A stretch of DNA of 64,000 nt from an uncultured Verrucomicrobiae bacterium (GCA_963755515.1 CAVWKA010000003.1:4418-68417), one strand, 5' to 3'; numbered from the stretch's first letter, positions 10,128 through 20,430 are shown. Translations and numbers: made by a program. Notes: generated by a model not told the origin, from the letters alone.

Positions 10128-11123
10128 TCAGGCTGGATTTGGCGTTGCCGTCATGGAATTTCGTTCGTTTTTCCAAAACGGACACCGGACGAAACGTCCC
10201 GGCTGGACTTCAATCAGGTCCGGGATTTTTTGGGAGCATTCGGGCCTGGCGATCGGGCAGCGCGGGGCGAAGCGGCAACCCGGCGGGAAATTGCCGATGC
10301 GGGGCACATTGCCGGGGATGGCCGATAGGCGGTCGGAATGGCCGAGTAATTTGGGAACGCTTGCCATCAGCGCGCGGGTGTAGGGGTGGAACGGGCGGCG
10401 CAGTAATTCGTTAGCGGGGGCCAATTCGGCGATTTGACCGGCATACATCACCGCCACGCGGTCGGCCATGTCTCCGACAATTCCGAGGTTGTGCGTGATG
10501 AGGAGGATGGCCATGCCGAGGCGTTGTTTGAGGTCACGGAGCAGATCCAAAATCTGCGCTTGAATGGTGACGTCGAGGGCGGTGGTCGGTTCGTCGGCCA
10601 CGAGGAGATTGGGTTCGCTGGCCAGGGCCATGGCGATCATCACCCGCTGCTGCATGCCGCCGGACATCTCGAAGGGATAATTGCGGATGCGCGATTCGGG
10701 CGCGGGGATGCCGACGAGTTTGAGGAGGCGGATGACTTCCTCATTAGTGGCTTTATCGGGCCGATGCAGTTTGAGCGATTCCTTGATCTGGTTGCCGACG
10801 CGGAAGACCGGATTGAGGGCCGCGCCCGGCTCCTGAAAAACGTAACCGACGACGCCGCCCCGGATTTCACGCAACTCGCGCGGTGACATTTTCAAAACAT
10901 CGCGTCCGTTCAGGAGGATTTCTCCGCCGACATAATGGGCGGGCGGCGAGGGGACGAGGCTTGCAATCGAAAGCGCGGTGACGGTTTTGCCACAACCGCT
11001 TTCGCCGACGAGGCAGACGGTTTCGCCCGCGCGGATGCTGAAGGACACGTCGTCAATCGCCCGCAAGGCCCCGGAGTTTTGGCCGAAGTCCATTTTTAAA
11101 TTTTTAATTTCGAGCAACGCCAC
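10128..11123 (-). CDS. ABC transporter ATP-binding protein, oligopeptide/dipeptide type (OppD/DppD-like)
   Basis: 331 aa with Walker A GESGCGKT, signature MSGGMQQR and Walker [13 protein letters not shown]. The C-terminal oligopeptide-transporter extension is present ([21 protein letters not shown]). Confidence 0.9.
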   Translation of the reverse strand: MALLEIKNLKMDFGQNSGALRAIDDVSFSIRAGETVCLVGESGCGKTVTALSIASLVPSPPAHYVGGEILLNGRDVLKMSPRELREIRGGVVGYVFQEPGAALNPVFRVGNQIKESLKLHRPDKATNEEVIRLLKLVGIPAPESRIRNYPFEMSGGMQQRVMIAMALASEPNLLVADEPTTALDVTIQAQILDLLRDLKQRLGMAILLITHNLGIVGDMADRVAVMYAGQIAELAPANELLRRPFHPYTRALMASVPKLLGHSDRLSAIPGNVPRIGNFPPGCRFAPRCPIARPECSQKIPDLIEVQPGRFVRCPFWKNERNSMTATPNPA

Positions 11124-11132
11124 GGCGACAGG

Positions 11133-11300
11133 TTAAAGTTCTTCCACAAATTCTTCCAGAGTTAAACCCGCCTGTTCGACAACGCCTTTCAGCGTGCCGG
11201 GCTTGAGCGGTTTGCGCTGTGGAACAACAACCGTGCGCGCGTTTTTACGAAAAATCAAGGCGCACGCGTTTGGGTCGTGTGCCTGATTCGAAGTAACCAT
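11133..11300 (-). CDS. Short HicA-like toxin remnant or variant (55 codons, below the ORF-track cutoff)
   Basis: My translation: MVTSNQAHDPNACALIFRKNARTVVVPQRKPLKPGTLKGVVEQAGLTLEEFVEEL. The C-terminal half fits the HicA pattern (..VxVPxHxx.LKxGTLxxIxKQAGL..EEF). The N-terminal dsRBD part and the catalytic His context are missing. It overlaps the 3' end of the HicB-like ORF out of frame. Confidence 0.3.
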   Translation of the reverse strand: MVTSNQAHDPNACALIFRKNARTVVVPQRKPLKPGTLKGVVEQAGLTLEEFVEEL

Positions 11301-11442
11301 CCACCGCGTCGGTAATCATCGCATCCAACTCCGCGAACGAATCACCTTGTGTGGTGATACCGCCGCCGCGCGGCGCATCCCAGCGCGCGACATAACCACC
11401 GGTTTCACTACAAGGCTCAACCTGGAAAACGATTTTACTCAT
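11245..11442 (-). CDS. HicB-like antitoxin-fold small protein (family often mislabelled '2-oxoisovalerate dehydrogenase')
   Basis: 65 aa. IVFQVEPCSETGGYVARWDAPRGGGITTQGDSFAELDAMITDAVDGYFE matches the HicB N-terminal-domain pattern (..E.dGGY.A......i.TqGdtleEl...i.dA...). Family assignment is from memory, not a search. Confidence 0.55.
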   Translation of the reverse strand: MSKIVFQVEPCSETGGYVARWDAPRGGGITTQGDSFAELDAMITDAVDGYFESGTRPKRVRLDFS

Positions 11443-11494
11443 GGGAGAAAATTAAGCGCGAGGCAACGCTACGTCAATAAGGCAAAAACGCGCT

Positions 11495-12583
11495 TCATAA
11501 TGATTTGGTGTCGGCGGCGTCTCTTAAGCCATCGCCGAGGAAGTTGAAAGCCAGAACGGTGACAAAGATGGCGGCGCCGGGGGCGAGCAGCCAGGGGTAG
11601 CTTTGCAGGTATTCGGTGTTTTGGGCGGCGGTGAGCATGTTGCCCCAACTGGCATTCGGCTCCTGGATGCCGACGCCGAGAAAGCTCAAGACCACTTCAC
11701 CAAGGATGTAATAGGGCACGCTCAACGTAGCCGCCACGATGACGTAAGAAAAGGTGTTGGGGAGGATATGGCGGACGATGACCATGAGATGCGACTGGCC
11801 GATGGCGCGCGCCGCGAGGACAAATTGCTGTTCGCGCAAGGAAAGGGTCATTCCGCGAATTACGCGGGCCATGCTGGCCCAGCCGATGAAACTGAGGATA
11901 ATAATGATCATGGCATAAACCTGCGCGGAACTCATGCCGGGAGGAAAGGCGTTGCGAAGGGAAATGATCAAATAGAGGGCGGGAATGGACATGATTAATT
12001 CGCAAAGCCGCATAATGACCGTGTCCGTGGCGCCGCTGAAATAACCGGAGATGCCGCCGATCATCATACCGAAGGTGAATGAGAGGAGGATGCCCACCAG
12101 GCCAATGGAGAGGGAGATTTGCGAGCCGTAGATCAGGCGCGAAAAGATGTCGCGCCCGAATTGGTCCGCGCCGAAAAGATAAACGGGGTATTGATCGTTG
12201 CCGGTGCCGAAGAGATGGATGGAGGCGGGAATGAAGCCGAACAATTTGTATTGGCCCCCGCGAACGAAAAAATGCAACGGACGGGTGTCGCCCGGGATTT
12301 CGTGATAGTTGAAATCGTCGCCGCTCGATTGGTACCGCGCGACGACCAGGTGAAAGCTGCGGAGGTGCGGCCAATTCGGCGGATGGAATGAATTATTGGT
12401 ATCAATCCGATCGTATCGGCTAGGCGAAATGAACCCGGCAAAGAGCGCGACCGAGTAGAGAAAAATCAGAATGACGCCGCCGGTCATGGCGATTTTTCGG
12501 CGTCTGAGCCGCAGCCAGAACAATCGCCATGGCGAAAGGATGGCGCGGATTTCAACGGTCGGAATTGGCCCGGCGGTTTCCAT
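11495..12583 (-). CDS. ABC transporter permease, OppC/DppC/YejE-like with a long N-terminal periplasmic loop
   Basis: 362 aa. The BPD_transp_1 core contains the EAA-like motif (LAARAIGQSHLMVIVRHILPN). N-terminal TM helix plus an extended loop, as in YejE-type permeases. Confidence 0.85.
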   Translation of the reverse strand: METAGPIPTVEIRAILSPWRLFWLRLRRRKIAMTGGVILIFLYSVALFAGFISPSRYDRIDTNNSFHPPNWPHLRSFHLVVARYQSSGDDFNYHEIPGDTRPLHFFVRGGQYKLFGFIPASIHLFGTGNDQYPVYLFGADQFGRDIFSRLIYGSQISLSIGLVGILLSFTFGMMIGGISGYFSGATDTVIMRLCELIMSIPALYLIISLRNAFPPGMSSAQVYAMIIIILSFIGWASMARVIRGMTLSLREQQFVLAARAIGQSHLMVIVRHILPNTFSYVIVAATLSVPYYILGEVVLSFLGVGIQEPNASWGNMLTAAQNTEYLQSYPWLLAPGAAIFVTVLAFNFLGDGLRDAADTKSL

Positions 12584-12597
12584 TTAATCAGAGCAGC

Positions 12598-14478
12598 TTA
12601 ATCGGATGAAAGTGGGCCAGCAATTTTGTTTTGCGCGGGGTCGGCGCGGCGTTTGAGGATTTCGACGCCAAAATTTCCATTTTTGAGCGGTTCATCGCCG
12701 AAAAGCCGGAGGGGTTGATAGTTTTGGCGGATCCATTGCATGACGTCGGCGCCAAAGCCGGGGGAGCCAAAATAAACGACGCCAAATTCGGAAGTATCGC
12801 GCTCGACCAGGAAAATGTAGTCGGGGGGGTGTTGCTCGAACGCGGCGGTCATCTTTTGGGGGCCCAGCGCATCCATGATGACCGGCTCCCAGGAAAGGCA
12901 GGGCGTGGGATTGACGCGGCGGGTCAGGAAATTGAGCATGACACCTTCCGGCAGGACGGCGATGGTGGCGTTGGTTGGAATATTATTTTGAGTCCAATCA
13001 ATGGCACGGGAAATATCCACGCCGGTTTGTGATGGTGGACCGAAGGTGAAAATGCGGTCCGCGCCCTGTCCAACCGGCAAATTTTTATCCGCATAGACCA
13101 ACTGGGACTGGTAGAAAAGGCTTCCAAAGCCAATCAACAACGGGATACAGATGGTGGCGCAGAAATAACGGCGTGGAACGGCGAATTTTTCCTCGAACAA
13201 GGCTGGCAGGAGCCAAAGCAGCAGATAAATTGCGCCGACAAATGCGGGCATGCCGAGGACGAAGCCGTAATGCCAGATGCGAGGGAACAATCCCATTTTG
13301 GACAGCATGACGAGGCCGAAGACGCTCCACAAGAGCGGGAAGACCGGCTTTTGGCGCGCGGACAATTTTTTATAGTTGCGGGAAATGAAGACGCAGGCGG
13401 CGAGGCTCAAGAAGGGAAGCGCGGCGCCGCAGGAACGCCAGTCGAATGAGGCGGCGCCGAGCACGAGCGGAGAAATCAGCAACAGATAGACGATGAACGG
13501 CGACTGGATCCGCTCCGATTTCAGATTTACCACCCGCTTCAAGGCAATGGCGTAAACAGCGACTATTAAAAAGACGGCGACGGATTGAATGGCGATTTGT
13601 TCCAGGCGAAGGCCCGGTTGATCGAGTCCCAGGCACCACTGGTAAAATGGATTTTTGAGGACGCCCGGTTGAAACAACGGGAGCCAGCCGAAAATCACCG
13701 AGCGAAAACTTTCGCGCCAATTTTCGAGGCGGAGAAAGAACAAAAAGAAAAACAGCGCCGGCAGGAAGGCGGCGGTGATGAACACCGCCAGGGATTTTGC
13801 CACAAACGAGAATTGCCGCCGCGCCGCGGGACCGGATGAGGGTTGCGGGGAAAGACCGGATGATGCGCCGGATGTGGCGGCGTCCGGGGCATTCCTGGTG
13901 ATGGCGACGAGGACAAATCCCGCCACGGCACAAACCGCGAGCGCGAAAAAAATGTCCGGTTTGGTCAAGAAGACCAATCCGGCGCAGAAGCCGGCGGCGA
14001 CGGCGAACCGCAGGCGCATTTTTGTCACCCAATCCGACAGCAAGGCGATGGCGAGGATGGAGAGCAACAGGCCATGCAAGGCTTCGTGGGCATAGGGCGT
14101 GATATAATTATAATTACCGGTAATCGTGAATTCGTTGAATGCGAAGACCAGGACAATTCCCAGGCAAATGGTGGTGGCGGTGAGCGCGTTGGTTACGTCA
14201 AGAAAACGGCGATAAATCAAGAGCAGGCTGGCGGCGACAAAAATCAAATTGGCGGCGACGAGGGTGAGGAACGACGGGCCAAAGATTTTAAACAGCAGGG
14301 CGTTGAAATATTGGGAGAAGGGGCCGCCGCCGATGTAAAACAAATCGCGATACAAAACCGCGCCCGCGGAAATCCGCCAGGGCATGTAAAGTTGGGCGCC
14401 AAAGTCAACAATGAGGTCGGGCCATTTGCGCCAGGTGAGGGCGGCGGCGAGGGCAAAGACGACGGTTACGAGGGCCAA
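12598..14478 (-). CDS. Polytopic membrane protein, putative GT-C-fold glycosyltransferase (ArnT/PMT-like) with a C-terminal soluble domain
   Basis: 626 aa with at least 10 hydrophobic segments, then a soluble C-terminal ~170 aa. The layout resembles ArnT/PMT_2 enzymes. No catalytic motif could be verified by eye. Confidence 0.45.
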   Translation of the reverse strand: MALVTVVFALAAALTWRKWPDLIVDFGAQLYMPWRISAGAVLYRDLFYIGGGPFSQYFNALLFKIFGPSFLTLVAANLIFVAASLLLIYRRFLDVTNALTATTICLGIVLVFAFNEFTITGNYNYITPYAHEALHGLLLSILAIALLSDWVTKMRLRFAVAAGFCAGLVFLTKPDIFFALAVCAVAGFVLVAITRNAPDAATSGASSGLSPQPSSGPAARRQFSFVAKSLAVFITAAFLPALFFFLFFLRLENWRESFRSVIFGWLPLFQPGVLKNPFYQWCLGLDQPGLRLEQIAIQSVAVFLIVAVYAIALKRVVNLKSERIQSPFIVYLLLISPLVLGAASFDWRSCGAALPFLSLAACVFISRNYKKLSARQKPVFPLLWSVFGLVMLSKMGLFPRIWHYGFVLGMPAFVGAIYLLLWLLPALFEEKFAVPRRYFCATICIPLLIGFGSLFYQSQLVYADKNLPVGQGADRIFTFGPPSQTGVDISRAIDWTQNNIPTNATIAVLPEGVMLNFLTRRVNPTPCLSWEPVIMDALGPQKMTAAFEQHPPDYIFLVERDTSEFGVVYFGSPGFGADVMQWIRQNYQPLRLFGDEPLKNGNFGVEILKRRADPAQNKIAGPLSSD

Positions 14479-14509
14479 GCCGGGCCAGCGGGAACGGCTG
14501 AAGCTGTTT

Positions 14510-15319
14510 TCAATTTTTTTGATAAAATTTTTTCTGCCAGGCGGCCTGTTTTCTGCCGGCCTCGCGCAAAAACGGGGCGAACGCGCCGATGTTCAAGAAG
14601 CGTTCGTTGAGCCAATGCCAGGGCTGCCGGAGCGGACGGGTGAAGTCCACGAAGAGCACGACGCGGTAACCGTCGGTGTCGTTCCAGACTTCGTGATTGA
14701 AGGTGTCGTCGAAGATGAGGGACTTGCCTTCCGACCAGTTGCGGAAATTGTTGCCGATGCGGATGCGGACGTTCTCGCGCGGTTCGGGGACGAGGAGGCC
14801 GAGGTGAAATCGCAACACGCCGTTGTAAGCGCCGCGATGGGCGGGGATATGTTTATGCGGCGAGAGAATTGAGAAGAACGCCGTCTTGACGCCGGGAATT
14901 TTCGCGAGCAACCGCATGGTTTCGGGGCAGCGCCGGGCATTATCGGAGCAATCCATGCCGATGCCGGCGAGGAAAAAAGTTTTCCAGTCGTTGTCGGTTT
15001 GGATGGTCTCAACCTCCTTGAGGATGTCCTGGAAGCTTGGCATCTGGTCGCGAAATTTCATCACGCGATCCAATTCGGCGCGGATTTTGGTCCATTCGGC
15101 CTCGACCTCGGCGGCCCAGGGAAAGGTCTTAACGTCGTAAATCCGCGGATCGCCGTTGATGGAGACGCGGGCGATGAAACCCTCGACTTTGTCCTGCAAC
15201 CAGAGGCCGAAGCGGCCGGAGAGAGTTTTGGGCGGGGCGAGACGGTGTTGACGGTCGGAAAAATCATCCGTGCCGGTTTGGCTTGGGGCGGTCGCTGGTG
15301 TTGCGGATGCCTCGGTCAT
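14510..15319 (-). CDS. Aspartyl/asparaginyl beta-hydroxylase family dioxygenase (LpxO-like)
   Basis: 269 aa. FFSILSPHKHIPAHRGAYNGVLRFHLGLLVPE...IFDDTFNHEVWNDTDGYRVVLFVDF is the Asp_Arg_Hydrox/LpxO core. Confidence 0.85.
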   Translation of the reverse strand: MTEASATPATAPSQTGTDDFSDRQHRLAPPKTLSGRFGLWLQDKVEGFIARVSINGDPRIYDVKTFPWAAEVEAEWTKIRAELDRVMKFRDQMPSFQDILKEVETIQTDNDWKTFFLAGIGMDCSDNARRCPETMRLLAKIPGVKTAFFSILSPHKHIPAHRGAYNGVLRFHLGLLVPEPRENVRIRIGNNFRNWSEGKSLIFDDTFNHEVWNDTDGYRVVLFVDFTRPLRQPWHWLNERFLNIGAFAPFLREAGRKQAAWQKKFYQKN

Positions 15320-15524
15320 GGCCTGGAACTTTAAACAAACCGAAAAGGATATGCAAATCGGGGAATCCCGGTAATCTCGAAGAACGATGAATATTTTTAG
15401 ATTTGATCGGGCGGAATCGGCTCGAGAAGTTGAAACGCTGAAAAGATTTTGTTGAAATCACCGCGGAGGCCTGCGCCAGATTGTCTTCTTGGCAATTGTA
15501 AGTCATTGGATACCCTAGCGAAAG

Positions 15525-18500
15525 ATGAGCCGCCGTTTGAACCGAGATCGTTGGTCCTTTCCAGGATTCAGGGTAACGCTGGCGGTTTTGATTCTGTGTC
15601 TGCTGGCGGCGCGCACCGTTCACGCGGGGGATGATGCCGGGGGGGCAAGCCCTGTCGTGGGCAAGGACTCCAACGGCCATCTGGAGGTGTTCAAATTGGA
15701 CGATGCCGGACAGCTTTGGCATCGCTGGCGAAAAGCATCCGATGGGGCATGGTCGGCGTGGTCCGGGTTGGGCGGTTCCCTTCTGCCGGGGATCGCCATC
15801 GTCCATTCCACGAATGGGGAAATGGAGGTATTTGGCGTGGACCGAACCAACGGGACGCTCGAGGCGATTCGGCAGTTGACAACGAGTCATTTGGATTGGT
15901 CGGCATGGACGAATTTGGGGGGGGCACTGGAGTCACCGGTTGCGGCGGAGGAAAATGCGGATGGACGGGTTGAAGTATTTGCCGTGGATGCGGAGTCACA
16001 TGAAGCGAGGCACCTTTGGCAGGTTACCGGCCAAGGCGGTTGGTCAGCATGGGCGGACTTGGGCGGGGCGCTTCAGCCAGGACTGGTGTCAAAAAAAAAT
16101 AAAGACGGACGATTGGAGGTTTTCGGGATTGCCCTTGGAGGCAATTCGCTGGTTCACTGCTGGCAACTTCGCGCCGACACGACGAACGGTTGGTCTGCGT
16201 GGGCTGATCTCGGCGGGGACATACTTCCCGGGTTTGCCGCGGGGTTGAACGCCGTTGGCCGCATGGAGATTTTTGCCATCAACCGCACGAACAACTCCGT
16301 GACACGGATTTGCCAGACTGGTCCCGGCACCAGCACCGGATGGACGGCATGGGAGGATTTTGGCGGCGAGATGACGTTCGGATTGGCGGTGGGCCAATGC
16401 GGCGACGGACGAATGGAAGTATTCGGGGTGGATGCCGTCAATTCCATGCTGCGGCATCGCTGGGAGTTGTTTGTCAGTGGCGAGGACAAATGGTCGGATT
16501 GGGCGGACACGGGCGAAAAATCCGGTTCGACTCCCGCCGTCGGGGAAAATGAAGACGGCGACCTGGAAGTGTTCGTCACGGATCCGGCGGATTATGGTAT
16601 TATATATCATCGCCGCCAAATCAGTTCGTCGAGTGACTGGCTGGATTGGTCGCGTCTGGGCGAGCCGGTTTTCGATTATGCCTGCCGCGTCTGGCAGGTT
16701 GACGAAGGATTGCCGGACAATCTGGTTTCGGCGATCGCCCAGACAACCGATGGATTCCTGTGGGTGGGAACGCGGGGAGGGTTGGCGAGGTTCGACGGCA
16801 GTAAATTCGTCAACTACAACGCCCAAAACACGGCGGCGCTGAAAAACTCGGTCATTACGGCGCTGTGCGCCGGCAGCGATGGCGGCTTGTGGATTGGCAC
16901 CGATGGGGGCGGTCTCATCCGCTTGAAGGACGGAATTTTTTCGCAGTTTACGATGACGAATGGACTGGCCGGGGATGAAATCGAGGTCATTTATGAAAGC
17001 CGCGACGGAAGTTTGTGGATAGGGACCAACCACGGAATGAGCCGGATGGATCATGGGACCATTCGGATGTACACCACGCATGACGGTTTGCTGTCGGATG
17101 CGGTGAGGTCCATTTACGAAGATCGTGACGGGAATTTATGGATTGCGACCGAGAAAGGCTTGAACCGTCTTCGGGGGGACGGAGCGATGGACGCATTTGT
17201 GATGCCGAACGGCCTGCCGAACGATTCGGTGCGGGTGATCAGCCAGGACCATGGGGGCCGGATCTGGGTTGGCTCAAACGACGGTTTGCTTTGGTATAAC
17301 TGGTATTGGGGAAAATCGTTTTACGCGTACAACACGCACTACGGGTTGTCGGACACTTTTGTGAGCGCGATATGCGACGACGGCGATGGGAATCTTTGGG
17401 TGGGCACCTACAGCGGATTGAATCGTTTTCGTGACGGCTGGTTTTACAATCAACCCGACAATGACGGCGAGCCGTTCGACAAGGTCAACGCGCTTTTTGT
17501 GGACCGCGACGGCAATTTGTGGGTGGGGATCCAAGGAGGGTCTGGCGTGCCTGACCGCCGAGAAATTTTTCACCTATACCAAGCAACAAGGATTGACGCA
17601 CAACAACGTGATGTCCGTTTTGCAGGACGACCGTGACAATATATGGATTGGCACGTGGGGGGGCGGTTTGGATGAATTACAAGGGGAAAAGATCACGGCT
17701 TACACTTCGGCGGTGACGAACGGCCTGTCGCAGGACCTGATACTTTCGCTGTGCGAGGGACGGGATGGCAGCCTATGGGCCGGCGCGGATTTTGACGGTG
17801 GCCTGATGCGGCTGAAGGACGGGCGCATCACGCGCTACACGTGGCGGGACGGCCTGGCGGATTCGGGCTTGCGGGTGCTCCATGAAGGGGCCGGAGGGGC
17901 CCTTTGGATTGGCAGCGACCGCGGGGTGAATTGCATGCAAAATGGAAAAATCATGACAAACGCCGTGACGGCGGCGCTGGCCAATGACAGTGTCCGGGAC
18001 ATTTGCGAGGACAAATCAGGCGGGTTATGGTTCGCCACACAAAATGGCCTGGTTTGCTGGCAGAAGGGACAACTGACCACCTTCACCACCGCAGACGGTC
18101 TTTCCGACAACTCGCTCACCACCCTGTATTTGGGGGAGGAAAACACGCTTTGGATTGGCACCACCGGCGGCGGCCTGAACCGTTACCGAGACGGGCGGTT
18201 CACGGCTTACACCACGAAACAAGGAATGTTCAGCGATGAGATTTCAGGAATTGTGGAAGATCAAGGCTGGCTGTGGATGAGTTGTTCCCGCGGGATTTTC
18301 CGGGTCCGCAAGAGTGATTTGGATGCCTTCGACCTTGGAAAACTCGAGATGATTCCGAGTCTGGTTTATGGCAAGAATGACGGCATGGAGAGCATTCAAT
18401 GCAACAGCCGCGGCCAGCCTTCGGCCTGGAAATCGCAGGACGGCCGGCTTTACTTCGCCACCAGCAAAGGAATGGTGACGGTGGATACAAAGACGGTGGG

Positions 18501-19669
18501 AACCGACGACGAACCGCCATCGGTCTTCATTGAGACGGTGGCGGCGGACCAAAAAGTCATCGCCAGCGGCCGTCTGGAATTGGCCGGGCCAGTCTCGGTC
18601 TTGTTGCGCCGGGATGAGGCGTTGCGCATTGCGGCGGGACATGGCGAACTGAGATTCGAGTATTCGGCCCTCGGGTTCTCGGATCCGGAAAAAGAGCGAT
18701 TTAAATACCGGTTGGAAGGGGTGGACCCGGGGTGGGTGGACGCCGGGGAGCAACGGGTGGCGTATTACAACAATCTATTGCCCGGGAGTTACCGGTTTCA
18801 AGTGACGGCGTGCAATCGCGACGGTGTCTGGAACGAGGCGGGCGCCGGGATGGCCATCCTCTTGTTGCCGCATTACTGGCAAACGGTATGGTTTCACACG
18901 TTTGGGATTTTCCTGGCATTCGTCGGCGTCTGCGGCGGGGCTTTTTACGCGACGCGAAGGAAGATGCAGCGGAAGTTCACCCTGCTGGAACAGCAACACG
19001 CGATTGAAAGGGAGCGCGGGCGGATTGCGAGGGACATGCACGACCAACTGGCGCCGGTTTGACGCAAATTGGATTGCTCGGCGAATTCGCCCGGCGCGAC
19101 GCCGTCCAAAACGCCGACGCGAAGGTTCACGTTCAAAGGATTTGCGACACGGCGCGAGAGTTGGCGCAAACGCTCGATGAAATTGTCTGGATGGTGAATC
19201 CGCGGAACGACCTGCTGAACAAGCTCGGCCTTTACATGGCGGCGTATGCCGAGGGATTTTTTGATGCGACGCCGGTCCGCTCCGGCTCGATATTCCTCCG
19301 GGACTTCCAGCCTATCCGCTCTCGGCGGAGTGCCGGCACAATCTATTTCTGACCGTCAAAGAGGCGCTCAATAACGTCGCCAAACATTCGAAGGCGTCTG
19401 AGGCGCGGCTGGGAATCAAGTTGACGGGGGGCTCAAAAATTCCGGGCCAAAATAATCCGGCGGCTTCCAGCGGGCAGGAGAGCCAATGGCTTGAAATTGA
19501 GATTGAGGACAACGGAATTGGATTTGCAGCGGAGGCCGCGGGGGACGGGCGCAACGGATTGAAAAACATGGGTGAACGCATCAAAGAAATCGGGGGCAGC
19601 CTCGAGTTTTTCAGCCGTCCGGGAAATGGAACCCGAATTTGCATCCGGGTGCCGCTAAAATATTTGTAA
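15525..19669 (+). pseudogene. Large sensor histidine kinase: signal peptide, 7-bladed lectin-like propeller, Reg_prop repeats, Y_Y_Y, TM, HisKA_3 and HATPase_c. Three frame breaks (~17529, ~19041, ~19270).
   Basis: Built from ORFs 15525..17636, 17431..19062, 19059..19352 and 19421..19669. Junctions restore DRDGNLWVG-SKEGLACL, ARDMHDQLGAGLTQIGLL and DATPV-PLRLDIPPGLPAYPLSAECRHNLFLTVKEALNNVAKHS. The Y_Y_Y part is FKYRLEGVDPGWVDAG..YRFQVTACNRDGVWN, and the ATPase part is IEIEDNGIGF..GLKNMGERI. Confidence 0.85.
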
Positions 19670-19773
19670 TTTCCGGTTTATGGTTATAAATTGTGAGTGG
19701 AAATGGAGGAGATTGCATGCGAGCGGCATTTGCGGAGCCACTGGTGAATTCCCGTCAATCTGATTCGGGATTT

Positions 19774-20400
19774 ATGCCAATCACAGTGTCCATCGTGGAA
19801 GACAACCGGCAAGTCCGGGAAAGCCTGGCGGTATTATTGAATGGCGGCGGGAACACGCGCTGCGTCGGCGCGTATTCCAGCGGTGAGGATGCGTTGGCGG
19901 GGGTGGTTCAAAAAAAGCCGGACGTCGTTTTGATGGACATCAACCTTCCCGGCATGTCGGGCATTGAATGTGTGCGCCGGGTGAAAGCGCAATTGCCGAA
20001 AACGCAAATTTTGATGTTTACGATGTATGAAGACGACGAAAAGATTTTCCAATCACTGGTCGCGGGCGCGAGCGGTTATCTCGTCAAGCGCACCTCGCCG
20101 GCGGAATTGCTGAAGGCCATCGAGGAGGTCCATAGCGGGGCTTCGCCGATGTCCGGCAAAATCGCGCGGACGGTCGTCGAATATTTTCAAAAGCTGCGGA
20201 CGGAGATTCCGACACAGACCTATCTCTCGAAACGAGAGGAGGAAATTTTGATTTTGCTGGCCAAGGGTTACCGGTACAAGGAAATTGCCGACGCCCTCGC
20301 CATTGGTTTTGAAACGGTGCGCTCTCACTTGAAGAATATCTACGAAAAATTGCACGTCACGTCGCGGACGGAAGCGGTGGTAAAATACCTTAACAAGTGA
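19774..20400 (+). CDS. NarL/FixJ-family response regulator (REC + LuxR-type HTH)
   Basis: REC elements VSIVEDNRQ..VVLMDINLPGMSG..GYLVK; HTH LSKREEEILILLAKGYRYKEIADALAIGFETVRSHLKNIYEKLHV. ATG 19774 (MPITVSIVED) is preferred over the ORF-track start 19693. Confidence 0.9.
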   Translation: MPITVSIVEDNRQVRESLAVLLNGGGNTRCVGAYSSGEDALAGVVQKKPDVVLMDINLPGMSGIECVRRVKAQLPKTQILMFTMYEDDEKIFQSLVAGASGYLVKRTSPAELLKAIEEVHSGASPMSGKIARTVVEYFQKLRTEIPTQTYLSKREEEILILLAKGYRYKEIADALAIGFETVRSHLKNIYEKLHVTSRTEAVVKYLNK

Positions 20401-20402
20401 AA

Positions 20403-20430
20403 ACATCCCCCGAAAGGGGGATGTGTTTCC
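20403..20430 (+). terminator. Rho-independent terminator after the response regulator
   Basis: acatccccc-gaaa-gggggatgt is a perfect 9-bp stem (20403-20411 / 20416-20424) followed by gtttcc. It begins 3 nt after the stop codon. Confidence 0.75.
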
